A DNA stretch of 64,000 nucleotides, from the NCBI GenBank assembly GCA_903813345.2, contig CAIIXF020000001.1, positions 4,712,001-4,776,000 of the forward strand. Reading direction: 5' to 3'. Shown here piece by piece: positions 1-13,075 of the stretch. Numbering within the stretch: the first letter of the stretch is position 1; each line of letters begins with the position of its first letter. This stretch comes from Owenia fusiformis (Eukaryota). The translations under genes and the position numbers were made by a program. The notes beneath the pieces are model-generated. The model did no database searches. It saw only the letters and a list, made by a program, of their open reading frames with translations, and had not been told where the DNA came from.

Positions 1-44
1 TAGAATTAAGAGTATGATTTAAAGATGATATGCTTCATTGAAGA

Positions 45-138
45 GCATACCATGGGGAGTAAGTCATCCCTCCCTCTTTTATTCTCTATATTAGAATATT
101 AGACGAGAAGGGATGGCTTACTCCACATTGGGCATACA
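45..138. repeat. Short inverted repeat / hairpin
   Basis: GGAGTAAGTCATCCC ... GGGATGGCTTACTCC. Confidence 0.6.
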
Positions 139-828
139 ATGAAAATATAACTTTTCTTACCCATCTAATTATTTAATGATTTTATCATGTTGTTTATAGT
201 GTGCCATTTCAGCAATTTCTGAAAGTACAATTTAAAAGATCAAATAAGATCGGTATTTCGTCGAAGTTTAACTGCTGCATTGATGAATCAGTTCCGCACT
301 CACTAGGACTATGTTATACGATTTTGTGACATTTTGTATGCAATCGCATGGACTGAACGCCTATAAACTTGATATATAATACATTAGAGAAATCATTGGT
401 TGGATATACAGAAGTGCTCTGAGAGCCATCCATCATATCAGTTTAGCTGTTCATCTAAGGGAAGTGAAGCGTTGCAAAGTTTAGTGGCTGCTTTACTGAA
501 CATTGATATATTTTATTTGAAATTGATAAATATCATTTGCGATAAAGACATTTCTTGTATGGTAAAAACTGATATAACAGTATGAGCTTATCATCAATAG
601 ATCAAATATGATTTGCAGCCCGATGACCAATTCGTTATAAAGGATTGGTATCGATATGGAGAACTGAATTCAGCAATGTTTTTCTTTTAAACCAATTGCT
701 GAAAATATTCTTTGAAAAAACACGATCCTTTATGTAATGTTGACTGATTGACAGCAATTTAATGCGAAAATAATTCATACATATTTTACGTAACTGTTTT
801 TTGTGCCTTTTTTTGTTGTTATTGTTCG

Positions 829-1440
829 AGTCTCCATTTCAATTGAATTTTGAACTGATGAAATTATAAATAATAGGTCAAATATTATTCGTTGTTTGAG
901 TCTCCATTTACATTTGAATTTTGAACTGATGAAATTAAACATAATGGGTCAAATATTATTTGTTGTTTGAGTCTCCATTTACACTTGAATTTTGAACTGA
1001 TGAAATTATACATCATAATGGGTCAAATATTATTCGATGTTTGAGTCTCCATTTACATTTGAATTTTGAATGAGTCTCCATTTACATTTGAATTTTGAAC
1101 TGATGAAATTATAAATAATAGGTCAAATATTATTCGTTGTTTGAGTCTCCATTTACATTTGAAATTTGAACTGATGAAATTAAACATAATCGGTCAAATA
1201 TTATTCGTTGTTTGAGTTTCCATTTACATTTGAATTTTGAACTGATGAAATTACAAATAATGGGTCAAATATTATTCGTTGTTTGAGTCTTCATTTACAT
1301 TTGAATCTTGAACTGATGAAATAACCCATTTGGGTTATCTATCTTACATTTGAATTTTGAACTGATGAAGTTATACATTGGGTCAAATATTATTCGCTGT
1401 TTGAATCTTCCTTTACATTATCAATTTAACTGATGTATTT
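829..1440. repeat. ~70-bp minisatellite, ~8.5 copies
   Basis: Unit GAGTCTCCATTTACATTTGAATTTTGAACTGATGAAATTA...GGTCAAATATTATTCGTTGTTT. Confidence 0.92.
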
Positions 1441-1443
1441 ATA

Positions 1444-2363
1444 CAGTGCGTATCAAAAAACAAACAAATAGTTTTCTTAGAAAAGCATAAAACCAGTGTA
1501 ACAGCATTGATTTCATTCAATGTACCATAAAGCCACGTGTCTCCTCTTTCCAGGTATGTTATTTATTGACATTGGGTCATGGTTGGGCGAGTAATTATTC
1601 CTTTAGCAAAGTGGGCCAAAATTAGTTTTGGACCAAGTTATAAATATTGCGAAAGTCAGTGCACGTGGCCAGGTGCTATTGGAAGAAAACATAAAACCAG
1701 TGGTGACTCCATCCTTTTCATTCAATGAACCACAAAGCCACATTTCTTTGCAATGGTATGTCATTCATTTACATGTGTTCATGGTTGGTTCAAATAATCA
1801 CTGCTCTCGCAAAGTGGGGCAAAACCAGCTCGGGACCAAGTTTAAAACATTTCAAAAGTCAGCAGTGCATAGTGCATAGGGGCTATTTGAAGAAGATGTG
1901 GCAGGCGTGACATAGACAGTTAAGTTTTCATACTCATACTCTTACAAGAATACATCCTATACCCCCTCCAAATTGCAACACACAAAGATGCGCTCATCTC
2001 TCCATGTCATTCATGGCTCAGCTCCGAGTCATATGTGGGTTAAGGTGGAAAAAAGCAGCCCGTTGGTAATTCTTTCTCAATATTTTTGCAATATCTTGTG
2101 GAGGAGTGGTTAACACTCTGCTCCTGGGGTAGCTTCAAAAGAAAAAGTCACAACAATTGAGGTCAGGAGAATTTCAATTAGCACTTAGCCCTTGCATTGA
2201 CTTTTGCAATATCTGAAACTTGGTCCAGAGCCGACTTTGACTCACTGTGCAAAAGGAATGGTTTTTCGCCCGACCATGACCACATTGAATGAAATTGATG
2301 TAGCTATCACTGGTTTTGCGGTTTTACGAGATAACTGTTTGTTGCGTTTTTTGATACGCCCTG
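1444..2363. mobile_element. Tc1/mariner-type MITE, family A copy 1
   Basis: TA|CAGTGCGTATCAAAAAA ... TTTTTGATACGCCCTG|TA; homologous to 8512-9292. Confidence 0.88.
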
Positions 2364-3296
2364 TATACGTGTTATATTACGGACAAATATTATTTGCGGT
2401 ACGGGTTTTCAATTACATTTGAAATCTTGAATGTAGACCGAATGAAATATGAGATGAATCCTCATTACATGATACAACCTATATATCAATATTTGATGAG
2501 CACCTGGAACAAAAATTATATAATACATCACATAATTAAGTTGCATTACTGCATTCTAATAAGTTATCGTTTACTCTTGAAAAAGATGTCCAATAAGTTC
2601 ATAGTATAACATACGAAAATAATTAGAACATAACAACTCCAACAGTGCCAGAAAAAGTAATTACCAGTCTATTTAATGCTAAATTTACCTAAAATGATTA
2701 TGTTTGTATTTTCCATGTAACTGAAAAATAAGAATTGTAATAAGTGAGGAAGATGCCTTGGGGCATTATAGTAATTCAGAAATTGTAAAGGACAGGATTG
2801 TAAGAAATGCAATCCACCCATTGTGGGATCCACAGCCTTTACTATCCTTTTGGAATAGTTCAAAAACGTTAGGTAAAGAGGGACTCTGATAAATCAGAAT
2901 GCAATCCACCGATTCTTCTGAGATGTTATATTATTTACCTACGCCCCGCGGCCATGGGCAGCAGAACACAAATTGATAGATTTAAATCTAAAAAAGACTT
3001 CGTTAATAGGATTCCATTACCCAACGCAATGTTACGTTTGTCCAATTTGATTTAATTTGGATGAAAACAAGTCTTCACTGAAAAAGGTGATTCCGAGCGC
3101 CTCAGTACCTTAGAGAGCTTAATCTATCATTTTCTTTCAGAGTTTGGGGTTTGCAGCATCCATCATTAATGTCAAAGGACCAGAAATAGTATTGATTCCA
3201 TAGCTTTTATACGAAACATCATCAATTTAAGGCAACCATAAGCACCTGGGTACATCACTTTTAACCAAATTGAAGTTATGTTTTGATGTACGTTTA

Positions 3297-3770
3297 TAAT
3301 TTTTAATAATGTGGTCTTGGCCTAATATTGAGGTTCTTATCTTAAACGTCATACTTTTAATAATGTGGTTTTGGCGTAGTATGACGTTCTTATCTTAAAC
3401 GTCATACTTTTAATAATGTGGTCTTGGCGTAGTATTGAGGTTCTTATCTTAAACGTCATACTTTTAATAATGTGGTTTTGGCGTAGTATTGAGGTTCTTA
3501 TCTTAAACGTCATACTTTTAATAATGTGGTCTTGGCGTAGTATTGAAGTTCTTATCTTAAACGTCATACTTTTAATAATGTGGTCTTGGCGTAGTATTGA
3601 GGTTCTTATCTTAAACGTCGTCATACTTTTGATAATGTGGTTTTGGCGTAGTATTGAGGTTCTTATCTTAAACGTCATACTTTTAATAATGTGGTCTTGG
3701 CGTAGTATTGAGGTTCTTACTTTAAACTTCATAATATTGATAATCTGGTATTGGCATAAGTATTGAGATT
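3297..3770. repeat. 54-bp minisatellite, ~8.5 copies
   Basis: Unit AAACGTCATACTTTTAATAATGTGGTCTTGGCGTAGTATTGAGGTTCTTATCTT; explains the 18-aa repeat ORFs. Confidence 0.95.
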
Positions 3771-4161
3771 CCTTGTTTTTTGCAAAGTACTGCTATCCTC
3801 TATGTGCTCTTAGAATCGTATTGAGATTATGTCTATGATTCTTCATTCGATCAATTCGTGAAGTCACTGCTGCCTAAGCTCGTTGGGGCACTGCCATCGA
3901 GTTATCAAATGCATTAATTATTTAATATCTAATTCAAGTCGAACTTGTTAAAGTAACCAATCATTAAATATAATGATCCACCGGGATACATGTAATTCTT
4001 CTTTTCATTAGACAATAGTCTGTCTGTTAGCACACTACGCGCCATCTATTTACAGTCAATATGGTACAACGAAAATGGGACTTCTGCGCATGTTAAAATT
4101 TTTCGTCAAAACTCAACTTTTGTTCAAGTTGATACGATTGTCTTTCGAACTAGAGACTTAC

Positions 4162-4547
4162 CTCATTCGAAAGATCATAAAAGACTTTATCTATGCTGAA
4201 AATCTTAGATCCAAACATAGTAGAATACGCCGTCAGTCCGCATTTGATTTTTTGAAGTGAGTTTCGTAGATCGTCAGATTTCTCCGACTGATATCGGGTT
4301 ATCTCAAATTGGTTCGTTTATAAATACAAATTTCTTTACCGTTGTAAGGCGCATGCGCAAAATTGATTTATAAACGTGATTGGTTGATGGTTTTTCTCCT
4401 GAGCATGCGTGAAGTCTGATGAACACTTATGACGAAGACCGGAGCAAACATTACTAGCTCTCAAACGAAATTCCAAGATTCAGATCATTTCGCCGTGTTT
4501 GCTAAGCGTGTATACGTGAATGACAAGCTGTTTTGAGTAGATCAGGT
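4162..4547. promoter_or_regulatory. Putative bidirectional promoter with divergent first exons
   Basis: CpG-rich; GCGCATGCGCA (NRF1-like) at ~4349 and ATTGG boxes; minus-strand donor GAG|GTAAGT at 4161 and plus-strand CAG|GTACCT at 4546. Confidence 0.45.
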
Positions 4548-7500
4548 ACCTGTTTTAGACACAACATTGATTTAGCTTGACATTGATGTGCACATTGGCA
4601 ATTTTGAGCATGTTAATACAAGTTTTTACACGCTTAGCACGAGACGTGTTTTCGAAAAATCTGTTATCTGATTCACTAGATTATCGTATGGATATGTATT
4701 TCTGCTGACATTTCAACACCACATCACATAGAATTACGATGCAGAATGATAATAAAACACAAAACAACTACTAAATTCCACTTGTTATTTCACAGGAGGT
4801 AAAATTGCACACTGCCTAGATTCTTTGTAAGGGTCGTCAGACATCGGATTGGCCGCCATATTTGAAATGAAAATATCACTAAATAGAGGTCTGCGCATGT
4901 GTCAACATTTCGACTGTTTAGGAGAAAGCTCTGGTTAGTGGGATATAAAATACGCTCGTATTAGATAGACCTGTCTTTTTCTCTGAATTGATGATTTTAT
5001 GACACACTGCTTTGTAAAACAATTCATCAAATAACTAACTAAAAGGCACCACGTTTTAAATCACATTGATATAATACACTAAATTGACTTTGGCGAAAAT
5101 TGCCGATTTATATTTCCAAGCCATCGACACTAATAAAACACCCATTTGTAAAGTGGTCAGTCTTATAGGATAAAACAGAAACTTGATTTGAGGATAAGTG
5201 TTATAATTGAAGATTATTCTGGGACTAAGGTAGTTGCTTTATATGCAGTAGGTCATTGGAGAAAAAGATTGATTGATGAATCTGGAGATTAAACTGACAC
5301 CATAAACAGCTCATTTCTCGCAATGGCTTCTTTTCTGAGCTTTACCGCATTTCGTCCCTCGAAGTCGACTAAATCACTTGAAATAAGGAAAATCTAATTC
5401 CTGAAATAGGACATACAGACAATAATCAAATGTCGAGTAATTGGATGGATTTTGGAGTTTATCGTTGGTTTGCAAATGACCAATGATGGCACTCAATATT
5501 TTATCCCTATTTCTAATAACTAACTCTAGTGACTCGACTGTCAAATAAATAACATTAGATCTCACAGAATAACAAGAACTGTTAGATTGTGTCAATGTAT
5601 AACAATAGGTCTAGTCAAATGAACAGCAACATTTACTTTAATTTATTATTTTGTGATATTTTTCGAGATTTCCCTGCTGATGCTTCAAGGAACACTTGTC
5701 CACTTTAAAATAAACGTTCATTCCAATTTCGATCCACTATTTGTACAATTAATCTAGCTTAATGTGAGCAAAATATCCATATGTGGCATGGGCGTATGAT
5801 TAGACCGTTACTTGTTACATTTTATACAATTAAATGAAAAATGTAATAAAATGAATAAATGACTTATGAACACCCAGAGCTATACATGTACAGGGTGTCA
5901 AAAAACAACGGCACCCCCCTCTACAGCAAAAAGTCCTGAATGTTCCATATCATGTCATACCTCATTTGAAAGATAATTTAATTCTGGAGTTACTCATCAA
6001 ATTTCATTAAATAAAACCTAATATTAAAAAAGCTACATTGTTTCAAAGTTTGCTACTTCGGCACTTTGTTTGCTGCTCTGTTACTGGTTAAAAGTCAAAT
6101 CTTCAGAAAGTGAAATATGAAAGAATTACCCCAGATTTCAACTGCACTGAACATATAGGTTCATTTCTGAAAAACAGGGTATAGGAACTGATGGACAAAG
6201 AGCCTCTTGAAAAAAGACACAGTAAGGATGTATTTCTGAAGAATGTGAAGAAAGTGCGAAGAGGATTTATGCAATGCTACACCTTTATGTGAATTTTTAT
6301 TGAAATCATATCTGTCCTAATAAGCTGCTGTTTGAGCAGCAACTGGTGGTCATACCAACTACTAAGAATCAGCTGTAAATCTGTCAAATTATATGATATA
6401 AAGCTGAAATTTCACAATACCAGTGTTTTTATATTTCATTTTATTGGATCCTCTGTCTTATCCGGTTCTCGCTCCATAATTCCACAATAGATAGAGCACC
6501 AAATCCTGTACTTTAAACAAATAAGGCGTGGTTTGCATTATACAAGTTCCTAATAAAAATTAACTTTTCATCTCATCTTCCACATTATGGATCCTTAAAC
6601 GCCCATTTCTCGTTTGGTTGGTGTGGATGTGTTTTCTCTAAAATTTCGTCAATTATCAACAATGCAAATTGCATAACTTCCAACATTATTTTAAGTTTAT
6701 GTTGTTGCTGCATTCTATCAAAACATAAAGAAACCAGGATCGTTTCTGTTCCGGGATTATCGCAAATCCAGCGAGGATCAATAAGAAGCTTACAAAAACA
6801 GAATTCCCAAACCTACAGTTATTGTCAGGCACTTATTGTCACGGGGCCCAATCGGCATTGCTGATCGAAGACTCGCTATAAAAAGAGCATTCCACGTCAC
6901 ATAAACATGACAGTCACTGATCCAAGTGCGTCTTAATCAAATTATTCTTTATTTAACAAGCCAGAAAGTTTGCAAGTAAGTCGTTGACTTTTAAGGCATA
7001 TATTATTTATGTTCGCGTTCAATTAACGATGTATTCCTGTTCGGAAATATCTGTGATGGCTAACTACTTCGATGATATTAGATCACTATTTGTCTTACTT
7101 TGGAGAATCCAGAACATTGCAGGATTTGAAATGGAAAAATGTTTATTGTATTGATTCTAAGATCTATGTGGACAAAAACATTCCAATTACTGAGTTTACT
7201 TTAGGTATAGTTCCAAGTAATTCAAAAAATAAAGTAGATACAGTTGGATATAAAGCGCATGTCTGGAGATCCCTTACGTGATTGTACGCAGTGTCCAGTG
7301 GTGTCAAAATTATAAAGACCCTAATCGAATATGTAGTTACCTAATTCTATTTACATCTGATCGTGCCTACTGTTAATTGCTCCTGTGGGAATTTGACATT
7401 GAGAACACATTTTTCATGGAAATCCTCCGTGTATGGAATTCAGACTAGAAAGTAAAAGTAATTTGATATATGTAGTCAAATGGACGAACTAATAGCGAGA

Positions 7501-8309
7501 GAGGGTGTAATTGTATTAACTACACCGCTTTTACCAGAATTCAATTCCCGAGAAAAATCATGTGGCCTAAGATCGTGTGTTTGTTTCATATGATTGTTCC
7601 ATATTCTCCAAAAGCAATATGGATTAAACTCTGTCCCTCATCAGTGCTGCATCAGGTGTAAGTTCCCTGTTTGAAGTATGAAGGACATCCTGATCAGCCA
7701 TTGATCCAGGTATATCACAGGCCTATAGGTCCCGGATGTGGGTAAACTCTTGGATTGATTGATGGGGAACCAAAGGTATCGTGATAGCTTTGATACATCC
7801 TTATGGGAAATGATATTCAATAAGATCGTTTGATAACCAATCAATGCATTCGAGTCCTCTTTGAACTTTCGTCTACCAAAACACGGAAAACAAAGAAAAT
7901 ACATCGATCCGACAAAAATATTATCTAACTTAACTAAAATCATGAATCTACAAAACGATAGACATAGCTAGCTACGAATAAGGCGAGACAATATTACCGC
8001 CTCGTTAAAATCCAATAGAAATGACAATTAAAAATTAAGCTCCATAGTTCATAAATTATCCTCTTTGCCATAAGTCTTGCTGTGTCGACGACTTTAATTT
8101 GGCTAGCCATTATTTTCGATCCTTATTTCTGCTTTGCCAAAATCTGAGATGGCTTTTATATATCACATGTAGCAGTACTGTACAGCATCCTCTTTGGCTA
8201 ATGTTCTTGTCAATACTTTTGGATCGTTGCTGCCCTAAACATGTTACCGAAAGATAGCTAGTCAACACGGTCATCTATATATTGAAGAGGTAAGTTACAA
8301 AATAAGTGT

Positions 8310-8372
8310 ACCTGTTTCAAGATTCGAACCTGAAGCCTGTGTATCAGACGTTGAGAGCATTAACCAATTCAA
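8310..8372 (-). mobile_element. tRNA-derived SINE head remnant
   Basis: Minus strand has TGGTTAA (A-box-like) and GGTTCGAATC (B-box); no full cloverleaf. Confidence 0.35.
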
Positions 8373-8511
8373 AATTGCGCTATAGATAAGATCTTCACGT
8401 CTCAACTTAAAAGTTTCCCAACGTGTCCATTCTTATGTCCGTGCAACTACTAGAGACTGCACCATGTTTTTCAAACATACTAAACTAGGACTGATATTAT
8501 TTGCTGATATA

Positions 8512-9292
8512 CGGTGCGTATCAAAAAACGCAACAGATTGTTATCTCGGAAAAGCACAAAACCAGTGATAACATCATTGTATTTCATATAATGCAGCATA
8601 AAGCCACGTGTCTCCTCTTTCCAATGGTATATCATTCGTTGATATTGGGTCATGGTTGGGCGAGATATCATTCCTGGCCGAAAAATCATTAATTTCGCTA
8701 TTTAAGTGGGGCAAAATTTATCTCGGACCCAAGTTTGAAACATTGCAAAAGTCAGTGCATGGGGCATAGGGGCTATTGGAAGAAGGTTCGGCGAGTGTAA
8801 CACAGACAGTAAAGTGTGCATACTCATACTCTTGCAAGAATACCCCTCCAAATTGCCACCCTTTCTTGTCACATAAAGATGGCTCATCTCTCCATGTCTT
8901 GCATGGTTCAGCCCCGAGTCACCTGTGGGTTAAAGAGGAAAAAGCAGCCCATTGGCACTTCTTTCTCGAAGTTTTACAATATCCCGGTGGAGGAATGGTG
9001 AGCACACATGCTCCTGAGATAGCTCCAAAAGAAAAAGTCAATTCAAGTCAGGAGAACTTCCACTGACACTGAGCTCTTGGACTAATTTTTGCAATATCTG
9101 AAACTTGGTCCAGAGCCGATTTTGACCCACTGTGCAAATGGGAGGATTTCTTGACCACATGTGAATGAATGACATGGCATTGCAAAGAGGAGGAACGGGG
9201 CTTTATGATACATTGAATGAAATTAATGGAGTCATCACTAGTTTTGTGATTTTACGCAATAACTGCTTGTTGCGTTTTTTTGATACGCCCTG
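8512..9292. mobile_element. Tc1/mariner-type MITE, family A copy 2
   Basis: TA TSD, TIR C.G.GCGTATCAAAAAACGCAAC; internal sequence shared with 1444-2363. Confidence 0.88.
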
Positions 9293-10001
9293 TATTACTT
9301 GCTATGCATATATTTCTAGAAATAGCCAGATCAGTTCAGTTCAGTTCAGTGTCTTTATTTCCTCCACATAGGTGAAGATTTAAACATTACATATGATTAC
9401 AGACAATTCACATTAACATATTATTTACAAAGTTTTAGCAGCAATGTCAACTCCAGGTAGTGATTAAATCATAGACTCCTATTCCGCATCTATCTCAGAG
9501 GTCCTTGTTTAATATATAATCACGGCCTCGTATTCGTCAGACTGCTGGGGCATTCTCTGGGGTGGGGACAGTTTCAGATTTAACGCTTGAGTTCTGTTAT
9601 CATCTTTTTGAATCGGATACAAATGGTAATGCCTATATTGCTATTGTTGATAAAAATAATGATCATAGAAACATCTTTCTCGTTTTTCTAGCATGGCTAA
9701 ACCCCGGAGCAAGACTCGTCGATATCCAATTTCAATTCCAAATGTCGCTAAATGGTATATGGGACTTTTAAGAGAAGACATACCCAATATGAAGTAAATC
9801 ATTAAATAAAGTCAATGATTAATATTTTATAAGATAAGACAACAAATATTCCAAAACCAAACAAGTATAGATTTACGGCCATGCCCATTTTCTCACCCGG
9901 TATGCTAAAATCAAAGAATAGCACAAGTTCATGATGCAAGTTGTATTTTGTTGTTATTGTACCAGTTTTCACATTCTGATTTTGATTTACGAGCAGTTAT
10001 A

Positions 10002-11057
10002 CAAGGGGCGATCCATATATTCTGATAAAAATGCTCTTATTTTGTGATTTTTTCACATATCCCTCTCATTTTTTCAGAAAATGTAGATTATGTAATTACA
10101 CATACAATGCTAAAATATTTTAACTATATCTTAAATCATCAATGAGATAAGGCTGCCATGGTAACCTGTATTAAGGGTAGGCAGGTCAATTTAATTGTAA
10201 CATATAAATATCAAAATAACTTGTTATTTTAATTATTTTAAAGCATGCGGAAATCATGCATTTTTTCTAAAAAAGTTTGGTATTGTTACTCGTTGTTTGT
10301 TGCTAAACAAATGTTTATATGTGCTCACTATAACATCACAACAAATCACAATAGCATTGTAGGACAGAATGGGCCAATTGACATTACATGTTATGAGACA
10401 CACCAAAAATCAAATTGTCAGATTAGGTTAATGTGGCTGATGCAGAGTGTCACATTAACTGATACATTAGGGAATACCATTAGATTTTCCATTATTCTTT
10501 CAAGAATAAGTAAGAGGACACTGTCAGAGACATACATGGACTCATAAAGTGCATTGGCAAGGTGTTATATCTGCATAAAGAATATATAGGTAGTATTGTA
10601 AAGAGGAAAGCATGGTCACTGTTGAAGATCATCCGCAATCTGATTGCAAGAAGAGCTTGCGGACAGAGAATAACACTACGATAAATTGAGATGTTACTTA
10701 TGAAAATATAGCTATCCCACTGTATAAATTATCAAACAAGGGCAACAGGGGTATGGAACAGATAAATGAATAGTTGACAATGACTGGAAGATGCGTTTGA
10801 TCTGCTTAAAATAGGTACCGAGGAATGATTAAATTAACATATTTATCTATTTTAGACGTTATAAGTTAACTGACCTGCCTACCCTAAATACAGGTTACCA
10901 TGGTAACCTTATTTCAAAATTAATTTAAGATACAGCTAAAATATTTTAGCATCGTATGTGTAATTACATAATCTACATGTTCTGAAAAAATGAAAGGGAT
11001 ATGTGAAAAAATCACAAAATGAGAGCATTTTTATCAGAATATATGGATCGCCCCTTG
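10002..11057. mobile_element. mariner-type MITE or deletion derivative
   Basis: TA|CAAGGGGCGATCCATATATTCTG TIRs of ~190 bp, TA TSD; interior has a faint mariner N-terminal trace (..TVEDHPQS..). Confidence 0.88.
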
Positions 11058-11717
11058 TATTTATCATATCACCCCTACATTTAGGATATAAATCGTTTTC
11101 GGCACATTTTTCATTTTTAAATGGTATATGTAATACTCAATATTTCACAACATAGTATTTGTTTATTTCCGAGAACCTCTCAAACTCGAAAAGCGAAAGG
11201 GTAACAAGATGAACATATAACTTTGTTTGAATTGTCATTCCATGGCAATATGATTACTGCTGATATTTTTAACTCGGAAATCCTGATACTTAAAGCCAGA
11301 CCGTCACAGTGATCTGCAAAATCCAATCTCAGTACTTAGCTATAAATCTGGTGAACAAATGCTATCTTTACATGGTTATTTGCACCTTAGAATTAAGATG
11401 CCAACACAAATAAATGTTACCACAGTTCGTGATCTATTGCAGAATATTGGTCATCCAATCTTACATTGATCAGTTCCAGCTACTCATCACTAGTTTAATG
11501 TCAAGCATCTCTTAGCAAGTTGCAAGTGTAGTCTGGGGATATCCCAGGTTAAAGGTTAATGTACTAATTGCTTTGATGATATTCATAAATCTCAATTTTG
11601 AAACAATTCCTCATCGTCGTAAAAGACCACTGCCTTCAGTTCATTTCTAGTTTGGTTGAAACAGAAAGATGCGATGAGTGTGACTGTCAGAATGATTCTT
11701 CATTGTATTACCGTACA

Positions 11718-13075
11718 CACCCTTGGTATACGCAGCTAACGAAAATTGACCGGTACGGGTCAAAAGCTGGACCAGTGCGGGTTAACGGTTTTATTTGAAT
11801 TTAAAACAGCCATAACTTGCTCAATATTTGCTGGAATTACACATGGCGTTTTACAAAAGCTTCTTCGGTTTTAACCAGGTTTAAGAATTAGGTGTAATCA
11901 CGATTGCGGTTTTACAAAAGCGCTTTTCTAAAACTCCAAGAACCCTTGTCACTAGTAAACGGCATAAGTCGTTAGGCGTTTTAAGTGTGCAGTGTAATAC
12001 CAATCGGTTTTTGTAAGAAGCCTTACCCGGGTTTTTACTAGTTTTTAACACTTGCCCTAAACGAAATATTTGATACATTTGATACATGATGAGACATCCG
12101 GTCACGCTGCTATCTGGCTATATATCTAAATTAAAAAATGGATGATGGTCGCCAGGTCACATCGAAATCAAGTGTTATCTTCAGAGAATATGTACATGTT
12201 TTTCTTTTACCTTTTTTATTATGTTCTCTCATAATTAATAAAAGATAAATAAAAATTATGCAATGTCATGCATTTTTAATCAAATTATGGAAGATCAGTT
12301 TTGTCTTAGATGCAAAAAGAATACAATTACAGGAGATGTAGGCTACACGTATACATGTATGCTGGATATTATCCATAACTACATCGTTAAAAGTGCACGA
12401 AAGGCGTTTTAGAAAAAACAGGTGTAATTCCAATTTATAATTCCTAAGACGCTTTAGAAATGTTGGTGTAATCAGAATGGCGATTTTGTAAAGCGCCTTC
12501 CACTAAAACGTTTTAGCGGATTTTGTGGTGTAATTCCAGCAATTGACTTCCTCGTGTCTAATTTGAAATATATGATGCCTGTTCGGGGCAATAGCATGAA
12601 CACAATTTAGGAATCTTTATACATGTGTGTTATTGCCCCGAACCGGTCCGTCTTCTCGCTGCAAGTAGGAGGAAATTCTTTGTCACAAAGTTTGGCATTT
12701 TTTATAAAATCAAACGCGCGTCATTGAAACTCACAAGATGTAAATAGCATGTCATTTACACCATAGCTTGATGGGGAAAAATAGATCTTATATGTTAGAA
12801 GTACTAAATAAAAGTTATCGTGAAAATGAGACAGTCGTTCTCGAGAGAAAAGAGCATAAATGCGCCTCTAGAGAGTTTTGGTCCGTTTAAAAATCTGTAA
12901 AAAATTGGGGTACTTAAAAGCATCGTGAGGCATCATATATTTCAAATTAGACACGAGGAAGTCAATATTGAGCAAGTTATGGCCGTTTTAAATTCAAATA
13001 AAACCGTTAACCCGTACCGGTCCAGCTTTTTGACCCGTACCGGTCAATTTTCGTTAGCTGCGTATACCAAGGGTG
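11718..13075. mobile_element. CAC-ended MITE with 5-bp TSD (Transib-like)
   Basis: GTACA|CACCCTTGGTATACG...CGTATACCAAGGGTG|GTACA; ~145-bp TIR, left arm split by a nested insertion. Confidence 0.85.
11829..12541. mobile_element. Nested MITE with 3-bp TSD (PIF/Harbinger-like)
   Basis: ATT|TGCTGGAATTACAC...GTGTAATTCCAGCA|ATT; removing it restores the host TIR. Confidence 0.8.

Noticed and set aside
829-1440. CTGATGA repeats as hammerhead ribozymes
   Set aside because: No properly placed GAAAC core or stems.
3349-3766. ORFs with 18-aa repeats on both strands
   Set aside because: By-product of the 54-bp minisatellite.
5889-6300. TA|CAGGGTGTC Tc1-like end
   Set aside because: No matching opposite end or convincing transposase found.
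8310-8372. Functional tRNA gene
   Set aside because: Only box-like motifs; stems do not form a cloverleaf.
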